From Gemmatimonadaceae bacterium (GTDB lineage: Bacteria; Gemmatimonadota; Gemmatimonadetes; Gemmatimonadales; Gemmatimonadaceae), in NCBI GenBank assembly GCA_036741775.1, contig DAINRQ010000030.1, positions 477-64,476 on the forward strand: a stretch of 64,000 nt of DNA, given 5' to 3'. The first letter of the stretch is position 1. The number at the start of each line of letters is the position of its first letter. The notes beneath the pieces are model-generated. The model searched no databases. It was not told where the DNA came from and saw nothing but the letters and a program-made list of their open reading frames with translations. A program made the translations under genes and the position numbers. Shown here piece by piece: positions 57,367 to 64,000 of this stretch.

Positions 57367-58734
57367 TCAGTCGTCTCCCGGCGACATGACGGGAGCCTCG
57401 TACTCCAGCGGCAGCTCGACCGTGAACGTGGACCCCTCGCCGACCGTCGAGTGCATCTCGATGGTACCGCCGAGGAGTCCGGCAAGACGCCGGGCGAGCG
57501 CCAGGCCGAGCCCCGAGCCGCCATACCGGCGCGTCGACGAGCCGTCGGCCTGGCGAAACTCATCGAATACGAATTGCTGCGCGTCCGGTGCAATGCCAAT
57601 ACCGGTGTCTCGTACGCGATAGACCACCCGGTCGTTGGCGAGGCCGACGCTCGCGACGATCTCGCCCTGTTCAGTGAACTTCGCCGCGTTGCCGAGTAAG
57701 CTAACGAGGATGCGGAAGATTTTCTTCCGGTCGGTCGTGATGGTGGGGAGAAGGGTCGGCGGTTCGTCCAGTCGCACCGTCACCCCGGGATTTGGCGGTG
57801 GCATGGAACCCACAGCCTCCCGCAGCGGGTCGCGCGGGTCGACGTCCTCGATGAACAGGTCGAGGTCGCCCTTCTTGAGAGTCGTCAGCTCCAGCAGGCT
57901 CTCGATGAGGTCGAGTAATCGCTCACTCGCGCGCCTCACGTGTGTGAGGTCGTTGCGCTGCCCTTCGGTAAGCGGGCCGGAAATGCCCTCCTGCATGATC
58001 GAGATGTACCCGAGGACCGCCGTGAGCGGCGTCCGCAGCTCGTGGGAGATGTTCGCGAGGAACTCGTCCTTGAGCCGCCGAGCCTGGACAACGGCAGCGT
58101 ACTGCTGTTCGAGCTCCTCATTGGCCTCGAGCAGGGCAGCGTTGGAACGACGCAGCTGGTCGATCAGCAACGCCTTCTCCGCCGTGGCAGCCATCTGGTC
58201 CGCGACAATCCGCAGCAGGCCACGTTTCTCCGTGGAAAACGACTCGGCGTCGGCGAAGTAGAACGTCAGCGCGCCGAGGACTCGGCTTCCCGTCTGAAGC
58301 GGCAGGGCGATCAGTGCCCGAAAGCCGAGCTCGGACGCGACTTCCTGCCAGTCTTCGAGATCGTCGTCCGCGAAAACGTCCGACACTTCGATCGTGCGCC
58401 GTTCGCTTGCCGCCTCACCGCTCGGGCCGAACCCGAGCCGCACTCTCGTTTCGCTCAACCACGGGCGGAACTTCTCGGGCCAGTTGTGCGCGGCGCCGAG
58501 ACGCATGAGCTCCGACGCTCCGTCCACGAGGTAGACCGACGCGAACGTTGCGCCGACGAGTGGACTCACGCGGTCGAGCGCGAACTGATAGACGTCCTCG
58601 GGCCGATCGGCCGTGAGGAAGGCGTGGATGACCTCGCGGACGGCAACGAGCTCACGCATCGCCTGGTCCGGGGGGGCCACAGGCGCGCGGAAGCGATCCC
58701 TGCGCGATACGGATGATCTTGGCACCGGCGGCAA
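57367..58734 (-). CDS. GAF-domain sensor histidine kinase
   Basis: GAF-like N-terminal half, H-box [15 protein letters not shown]; LLGNAAKFT, DTGIGI and GSGLGLAL. Confidence 0.85.
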   Translation of the reverse strand: MPPVPRSSVSRRDRFRAPVAPPDQAMRELVAVREVIHAFLTADRPEDVYQFALDRVSPLVGATFASVYLVDGASELMRLGAAHNWPEKFRPWLSETRVRLGFGPSGEAASERRTIEVSDVFADDDLEDWQEVASELGFRALIALPLQTGSRVLGALTFYFADAESFSTEKRGLLRIVADQMAATAEKALLIDQLRRSNAALLEANEELEQQYAAVVQARRLKDEFLANISHELRTPLTAVLGYISIMQEGISGPLTEGQRNDLTHVRRASERLLDLIESLLELTTLKKGDLDLFIEDVDPRDPLREAVGSMPPPNPGVTVRLDEPPTLLPTITTDRKKIFRILVSLLGNAAKFTEQGEIVASVGLANDRVVYRVRDTGIGIAPDAQQFVFDEFRQADGSSTRRYGGSGLGLALARRLAGLLGGTIEMHSTVGEGSTFTVELPLEYEAPVMSPGDD

Positions 58735-58825
58735 TTTAAAGGGAGGACGTCACTTGCGCGACCAACAGCCGAGCTTTGGACGCGCCGGCCACCAGATGTT
58801 TGTGCGAGCGGCCTCATTTGTTCCT

Positions 58826-58865
58826 ACAAAAGGACGACGCCGGCGCCGATTCGGCACGCCGTCCC
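58826..58865 (-). terminator. candidate rho-independent terminator after the SDR gene
   Basis: Minus strand reads GGACGGCGTGCCG-aatc-GGCGCCGGCGTCGTCC (imperfect stem) followed by TTTTG. Confidence 0.45.
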
Positions 58866-58886
58866 GCGTGCGCCCGTGCGTCCTGA

Positions 58887-59582
58887 CTAGCGCTTCTTTG
58901 GCGCTGCGGCCCGAACCTCGATCCGGTGCATCAACACGCGCGGTGGCGTGTCGATCGCGAACGCGACCGCGTCCGCGACGTCATCGGCCACGATCATCCA
59001 GCTCGTGTCGCGCGGGTCGCGGAAGAAGTCCGTGGCCACCGAGCCGGGATTCACGACGCTGACCTTCACCCCCTGATCGCGCACCTCGAGCATGAGTGAC
59101 TCGGCGAACCCCATGACGGCGTGCTTCGTTCCGCCGTAGCAGGTCCCGCCCACGAATGCGCTTCGGCCCGCTATCGAACCGATAATGACGATGTGCCCGC
59201 GCCCCCGCTCGACCATGCCGGGCAGGACCACGCGCGTGACGTGGTACAGCGCATTGAAGTTCACGTTCACCATCGTGTGCCACTCCTCGGGCGTGAGCTC
59301 GAGGAACGGCTTCAGGAAGCCGATGCCGGCGTTGTTCACGAGCACGTCGGCCCGCACGTCGCGCAGCGTCCGAGCTACGGCAGCCGAGTCGGCCACATCG
59401 ACCACGAGGGCATCGCAGCTACCCCCACGGCTCCTGATCTCTGCAGCGAGCGTCTCGAGGTCCTCGGCCGAGCGGGCTGCGGCGACAATGTGGTGATTCG
59501 AGCTCAGGCGTAGCGCTGTCGCTCGGCCGATCCCGCGCGAGGCGCCCGTAACGAGGGCGATGTCCCTGGATTCAGTCGTCAT
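58887..59582 (-). CDS. short-chain dehydrogenase/reductase (SDR) family oxidoreductase
   Basis: TGASRGIG, NNAG and YGGTK motifs. ATG overlaps the M20 stop (ATGA). Confidence 0.85.
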   Translation of the reverse strand: MTTESRDIALVTGASRGIGRATALRLSSNHHIVAAARSAEDLETLAAEIRSRGGSCDALVVDVADSAAVARTLRDVRADVLVNNAGIGFLKPFLELTPEEWHTMVNVNFNALYHVTRVVLPGMVERGRGHIVIIGSIAGRSAFVGGTCYGGTKHAVMGFAESLMLEVRDQGVKVSVVNPGSVATDFFRDPRDTSWMIVADDVADAVAFAIDTPPRVLMHRIEVRAAAPKKR

Positions 59583-61042
59583 CGCGTCACCCGCAGCATC
59601 GTGCCGTAGATGAGGCGCGTGCCGAAGTCGAGCGAACGGAGTGGAATGCGCTCGTCGTTCCCGTGCATGCGGTCCTCGTCGTCCTGGTTCATGGGAAAGG
59701 GGAGCACGCCGAACGCCTGCATGCCGAGCTGACGGAGCCGGGCGCTGTCGGTGGCGCCTGTGCTCAGGTACGGTACGGTGACCATGTCGGGGGCCAGCTC
59801 CTTCACACTCTCCGCGATCGCGCGGAAGAGCGGCGATGAGAAGTCCGACGGGGGCGCGTCCTCACCGCGGTCGGTGATCGTGAGCTGCACCATCGAATCG
59901 TTCACGACGCGCCGGAGACGCGCGACGACCGAGTCAATGGATTGCCCGGGCAGCGTGCGGATGTTGAGCGTCGCGGTGGCCTCCGTGGGAATCACGTTCG
60001 ACCGGATGCCTCCGTTCACGATGGTCGCGGAAATCCCGGTGCGAAGGACGGCGTCGAAGACCGGCGTGGACGCAAGCACGCGAGCGCCACGCGCGATGCG
60101 CGAGGAGTTCCGCGACGCAACGTCAGCCATCGCGCGGCGCTCCGACGCGTCCGGCCACACGGTCGCGAGCTCGCCGAAGAAGGCCCGCGTAGTGGGGTTC
60201 ACTTGCGTAGGCTCGCGATGTCGCCCGATCGCGGCCAGCGCTCGTCCAAGACGCGTGATCGCGTTCCCCGCGAGCGGGATGGACGCGTGTCCCCCAGGCC
60301 CGCGCGCCGTCACGGTGACGGTGTGCGGGACTTTCTCTGTGTTCTGCACGGCGACGTAGAGCGGCTTACCGCGCACGATGCGCGTGCGTCCACCCTCGTT
60401 CAGCGCGAACTCGGCGTCGATGAGATCGCGGTGGTTGGAAATGAGCCACCCCATGCCGTAATCGCCGCCTGCCTCTTCATCCGAGTTCGCCACGAAGATC
60501 ACGTCGCGGGACAGCTTCCCTCCCGCGTCGAGCACGTGCTGTTTCAGCAGCAACATCGTTTGCAGGTTCGCCGCGAGCATCCCCTTGTCATCGATGGCGC
60601 CGCGCCCGTACAGGTACTCGCCTTTGATCTCCGCGGCGAATGGATCGACCGTCCATTTGTCCGGTTCGACGCCGACGACGTCCATGTGCCCCATGATGAT
60701 CACCGGGCGTCGCGACCCGTCCCCGCGCAGCCGGGCGACGAGCGCCGCTCGGCCCGGCGCCGGCTCGAAGAGATGCGTCTCGATGCCGGCGGCCTTGAGG
60801 GTGCTGTCGAGGTACCGGGCGACGCCGATCTCGTTACCCGGCGGGTTCACGGTATTGATGCGGATCATGCGCTGCAGATGCGCGAGCGTCTCCCGCGAGA
60901 CGGCGTCCCAATCGGGAGCTTGCGCGCCTGCGGGCGCGGCAGCGGTCGTCAGCGTCATGAGCAGGGCGTACCGGAATGGTCGGCGAGCAATTCGAATCAT
61001 GCGTCGGGTGCGTAGGTGTGAGCCGAGCATGAAGAGTCGCAT
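59579..61042 (-). CDS. M20/M25/M40-family metallopeptidase, secreted
   Basis: Signal-like LLMTLTTAAAPAGAQA, IIMGHMDVV, GRGAIDDKG and SDEEAGG. ATG 61000 is an alternative start. Confidence 0.8.
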   Translation of the reverse strand: MRLFMLGSHLRTRRMIRIARRPFRYALLMTLTTAAAPAGAQAPDWDAVSRETLAHLQRMIRINTVNPPGNEIGVARYLDSTLKAAGIETHLFEPAPGRAALVARLRGDGSRRPVIIMGHMDVVGVEPDKWTVDPFAAEIKGEYLYGRGAIDDKGMLAANLQTMLLLKQHVLDAGGKLSRDVIFVANSDEEAGGDYGMGWLISNHRDLIDAEFALNEGGRTRIVRGKPLYVAVQNTEKVPHTVTVTARGPGGHASIPLAGNAITRLGRALAAIGRHREPTQVNPTTRAFFGELATVWPDASERRAMADVASRNSSRIARGARVLASTPVFDAVLRTGISATIVNGGIRSNVIPTEATATLNIRTLPGQSIDSVVARLRRVVNDSMVQLTITDRGEDAPPSDFSSPLFRAIAESVKELAPDMVTVPYLSTGATDSARLRQLGMQAFGVLPFPMNQDDEDRMHGNDERIPLRSLDFGTRLIYGTMLRVTR

Positions 61043-61091
61043 CCCCTAGAGAGCAGATCAAATGCCGCAACCGCCGGTGCGATCAGCGGCG

Positions 61092-61129
61092 CAGCGCTGG
61101 TTGCTGTTCGCCCGGTTGGTAGCTACAGG
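61092..61129. repeat. partial family-2-like repeat (GCTGGTT-type words)
   Basis: cagcgctggttgctgttcgcccggttggtagctacagg resembles cgctggtcgctgttagctgg... at 31629 and agcgctggttgcgctggttgc at 31791. Confidence 0.4.
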
Positions 61130-61217
61130 GTGAACAACCACGCGTATAGGGCCCGGCGCGCGCGGGCCGGTCGGAACGGCGATGGGCGCGGATGAGGCGG
61201 AAATGGCGGGATCGTGT

Positions 61218-61680
61218 CGGGAATCGGGAATCGGGAATCGCTTCCGGGACGCCACCGTCACTGGGAGCCGTTCCCCTCTTTCTTTCAGCCCGCTGGGGCG
61301 AGCGACCGTGCCGCCGCGCAGGGCATCTTCGTAATCCTGTTAATCCTGTCCATCCTGTCTTTTGCCTTTCGTCTTTTGCCTTTCCCGTTCTTCGCTCCGA
61401 GCGTCGGCGCGCGAGTCCGCATCGCGACCGGTCCCGGAAAACGGCAGGGGAGACAGGATGAACAGGATGGACAGGATGACGAAGATGACTCGGGCGACGG
61501 CACCGTCGCTCGCGTCAGCGGCCTGAAGAGAAGAGGGAACGGCTCTCCGGGACGGCACCGTCCCCGAGAGCCGTTCTCGCGCTCCTCCCGGCTCGTTGCG
61601 CGAGGAGTCGTCACGGCCGAGGAGCCATCCCGTTCCACCGGTCACATCCTGCCATCCTGTCTCTGCCCATACTGTCCATC
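61218..61680. repeat. structured repeat, family 1, copy C: (CGGGAAT)x3 followed by three modules in alternating orientation
   Basis: 61244..61390 aligns with the right-hand module of copy A. 61391..61576 aligns with the left-hand module, forming a hairpin around 61395..61435. 61577..61680 is a diverged third module. Conserved blocks: gagccgttcccc, catcttcgt(c/a)atcc, (a/c)atcctgtc x3, gcatcgcgaccggtc, ctccgagcg. Confidence 0.85.
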
Positions 61681-61733
61681 GCGTTATGGTGCGGCTCGAG
61701 CCACACGCTGCCTAACGACGCTACCAGCCAGTA

Positions 61734-63254
61734 TCAGGCGGAGAGACCGTGCTCGATAGCCTCGACCAGCGGCCCGAATGACAATCCAGCAGTACCCACC
61801 CGGCGACCAAGCTCGGAGGCGAGTTCGCGCTGCCCCTCCCCGAACAGCTCGCGGACGACCCACGGGCCCGCTCGCGGGTTTCGGTACCAATCGTCGTCGA
61901 ATGTCGATACGAGCACATCCCGCAGCGCCGCCTGCAGCTGCCACGCGCGGAGGTACCGCGCGGCGTAAAAGCGGGGATCCACATCCACGAACGCGTCCGA
62001 TGGCCGGTACCGGAACAGCGTGGCCCCACTGAGGATGTCGACGTACGCATCCGGCAACGAGGACCATGACACATCGCCGCCGTACAGCCGACGCTCGTAC
62101 AGAAGCTTCGCCGCGTAGCGCCGCAGGAACTGCAGCTCCTCGAATGCCGCGGCGCGCCGGTAATCCCCGACCCGCGCCCCGCCTAACGCCGAGTAGCGGA
62201 GGAGCCACCCGGTGTCGTGCATGAGATGGTCGAAGAGCATGGCGTACCCCTCGGTGATCGAGTTGTCGCCGAGCCACCGGAACTCGAACGGGAGGTCGTC
62301 GCGCATGTACGCGAAGTGCAGCGTGTGCCCGAGCTCGTGCAGGAGCGTCCGGTAGTCGGTCGCGCCGCCGTGTGGGAGCAACACCAGGTAGACCTCGTGG
62401 GGGATGCGCACGGGCGCACAGAAGGCGCGCGACCGCTTCCCTGGCCGCTCCCCGAGGTCGAAGATCGCGCGTCCGTTCGCCGTTGGATCGATCCCCATCT
62501 CGCCAACCTGCCGTCGAACGACCGACTCCATGTCGGCCGCCGGAAAGTAGGGGTCGAACCGCGGCGCACGGAGCAGCGCGAGCGCGTCGGCCCGCGTGGC
62601 TTCGGCCGGGAGAATGCCAAGCTGCTTCCGCACCTGCTCACGATGCACCTCGGCCCACATCGCCTCGGTGTCCTTCAGGAAGCGGTCGCAGTCCGCCGCC
62701 AGGGCCTGAAGGTCGATCCCGCTCAGCGCCTCGAACGTCGCAAGGTATCCAGGCGCGATCTCGAGCGACTCGATGAGGTCGCGCTCGCGCTGGAGCCGCT
62801 CCGACCTCAACGGCGACAGTTCGCGGGTGACGAGCGCCGAGCGTGCTTCGTCGAGCGCGAGACGCTCGTTCCGGTCGGGCAGGGTGGCGAGGTCCACCGC
62901 AACGCGCTGATACGGCACCTGCCGACCATCGGCGAGCTGGACGACCGCGCTCGCTTCCCAGGCGATGATCCGCTCGTCCAGCTCCGCGAGTGTTCGCGAC
63001 GCGTGCGCCTCGACCTGCCAGTCGAGCAGCGCCCGGGCCGCGCGCCACTCCTCGGTGCCCTCGGTCGCCCCACGAAACGCGTCACGCGTCAGCTCGAGCG
63101 CGCCCGGCCCCAGCACGTGAGAGAAGCGGTCGTAGATCGGGCGCAGCTCGGCGTTAGGCTTGTGCCCGGCGAGCGCCAGATGTTGTTCGCGAGACAGCGC
63201 CTCCATGAATCGCTCGCCGTCGGTCCGGAGCGCCGTCAGCGTGAGATCGGCCAT
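61734..63254 (-). CDS. M3-family oligoendopeptidase (PepF-like)
   Basis: Zinc motif LLHELGHTLHF in a roughly 500-aa cytoplasmic protein. Confidence 0.75.
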   Translation of the reverse strand: MADLTLTALRTDGERFMEALSREQHLALAGHKPNAELRPIYDRFSHVLGPGALELTRDAFRGATEGTEEWRAARALLDWQVEAHASRTLAELDERIIAWEASAVVQLADGRQVPYQRVAVDLATLPDRNERLALDEARSALVTRELSPLRSERLQRERDLIESLEIAPGYLATFEALSGIDLQALAADCDRFLKDTEAMWAEVHREQVRKQLGILPAEATRADALALLRAPRFDPYFPAADMESVVRRQVGEMGIDPTANGRAIFDLGERPGKRSRAFCAPVRIPHEVYLVLLPHGGATDYRTLLHELGHTLHFAYMRDDLPFEFRWLGDNSITEGYAMLFDHLMHDTGWLLRYSALGGARVGDYRRAAAFEELQFLRRYAAKLLYERRLYGGDVSWSSLPDAYVDILSGATLFRYRPSDAFVDVDPRFYAARYLRAWQLQAALRDVLVSTFDDDWYRNPRAGPWVVRELFGEGQRELASELGRRVGTAGLSFGPLVEAIEHGLSA

Positions 63255-63436
63255 CAGTGCAACCTCGGGTTATCGTCGCCCGGTGTTTCGACGTCAGTAT
63301 GGAACCGCCCCGGCACCCTACGAAAAAACGAAGGGCACCGTGCGCTCGCCGGCTGCGCGTGTCCCCGTACGTCGCGCCTTCTCGCGACGGCGGCTCACTC
63401 AGGAGCCTCCCCCGCGCCGCCGCGGTGCCACGCTCG

Positions 63437-64000
63437 TTAGGCCGGCGTGATTCGCTCGCCGATGTACGCGCGCAGCTGTTCCGCCGCGACGCGGACCTGC
63501 TGCAGCGTATCGCGGTCGCGGACCGTCACCGTCCCGTCCTGCGTCGATTGCCCGTCGATCGTGATCCCGAATGGCGTCCCGACCTCATCTTGCCGGCGGT
63601 ACCGCCGCCCGATCGCGCCGCCGTCATCATAGAACACGGCGAGGTCGCGGCGCAGATCGCCGGCGACGCGCTGCGCCATCTCCGGCATCCCGTCTTTCTT
63701 CACGAGCGGGAATACACCGGCCTTGATCGGCGCGAGCGCTGGCGAAAGCGCGAGAACCGTACGCCCTTCGCTCTCGCCCGGCACCTCCTCTTCGCGATAC
63801 GCGTTCACGAGCACGGCGAGCGTCGTGCGGTCCGCCCCGACCGAAGTCTCGATGACGTATGGCACGAACCGGCGATTGTTAGGCTGATCGAAGTAATCGA
63901 GCTTCTTTCCCGAGTACTCCTGATGGCGGCCGAGGTCGTAGTCCGAGCGGTTGTGGATCCCCTCGATCTCCTGGAAGCCGAGCGATCCGCCGAAGTCGAA
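63437..64000 (-). CDS. glyQS: glycine--tRNA ligase (dimeric class II type), C-terminal part; 5' end beyond the window
   Basis: The frame stays open to 64000: ...FDFGGSLGFQEIEGIHNRSDYDLGRHQEYSGKKLDYFDQPNNRRFVPYVIETSVGADRTTLAVL..., then the anticodon-binding domain (IKAGVFPLVKKD...RYRRQDEVGTPFGITID). Confidence 0.8.
   Translation of the reverse strand, partial: FDFGGSLGFQEIEGIHNRSDYDLGRHQEYSGKKLDYFDQPNNRRFVPYVIETSVGADRTTLAVLVNAYREEEVPGESEGRTVLALSPALAPIKAGVFPLVKKDGMPEMAQRVAGDLRRDLAVFYDDGGAIGRRYRRQDEVGTPFGITIDGQSTQDGTVTVRDRDTLQQVRVAAEQLRAYIGERITPA

Noticed and set aside
61218-61460. Short tandem repeats (CGGGAAT x3, ATCCTGTC-type nonamers) considered as a possible CRISPR array
   Set aside because: The repeat units are 7-9 nt with no unique spacers of 25-40 nt and no cas genes in the window. 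They are internal words of the palindromic module family.
5401-63442. Octamer GCCTAACG as a Chi/KOPS-like polar signal, a restriction site or a codon-usage by-product
   Set aside because: Orientation is 17:11 within one contiguous 64 kb, so it is not strongly polar. Restriction targets are usually depleted, not enriched. It is read in four different coding frames with rare codons, as stop codons, and intergenically, so codon or peptide preference cannot create it. I therefore kept it as a DNA-level word of unknown function.
1-64000. Mobile genetic element, prophage, defence island, toxin-antitoxin or secondary-metabolite cluster
   Set aside because: There are no integrase, transposase, recombinase, phage structural, Cas, restriction, Abi or TA-like proteins. 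There is no tRNA attachment site and no compositional island apart from short intergenic repeats. The gene content is housekeeping, signalling and envelope-related.

Overview
High-GC (roughly 70%) bacterial chromosomal segment. It is almost fully coding, mostly on the minus strand, in tightly packed operons; I counted 12 ATGA/GTGA stop-start overlaps. I support about 54 protein genes and found no rRNA, tRNA, CRISPR array, transposase, integrase or phage genes. Gene order: (1) a partial kinase-like gene plus central-carbon genes (class II aldolase, MBL hydrolase, pyruvate kinase, transaldolase); (2) a phosphorelay block (CHASE3 hybrid kinase, HPt/REC protein, CheY-like protein); (3) a gas-vesicle operon (gvpF-G-[ArsA-like ATPase]-F/L-small GvpA-fold-L-K-J-A) running into a GAF/PAS kinase; (4) class II ribonucleotide reductase; (5) cell-wall recycling genes (amidase, GH3-like, anmK, murQ, and later a dipeptide epimerase) plus ggt; (6) an ABC exporter with a small kinase/REC pair, ccdA, an AlkP-family enzyme and an S15 hydrolase; (7) priA in an operon with a methyltransferase, an orphan GvpF/L paralogue and a zinc-ribbon Ser/Thr kinase; (8) a long MoxR-DUF58-BatA_N-DUF4159 operon headed by a GAF kinase and ending in an HDAC-family gene; (9) SDR, M20 and M3 peptidases and a partial glycyl-tRNA synthetase. 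The lineage is not determinable from sequence alone; a soil-type GC-rich phylum is my guess. The signals the gene list does not explain are these. The octamer GCCTAACG/CGTTAGGC occurs 28 times and is kept in place with rare codons. A structured palindromic repeat module family sits at three intergenic loci. Two (possibly three) palindromes are built from 7-nt periodic words. A perfect 82-nt palindrome spans two convergent stop codons. An ArsA/GET3-type ATPase is embedded in the gvp operon. Two genes appear to start at a CTG that overlaps the upstream TGA. Family assignments come from motif recognition by eye, not from database searches.
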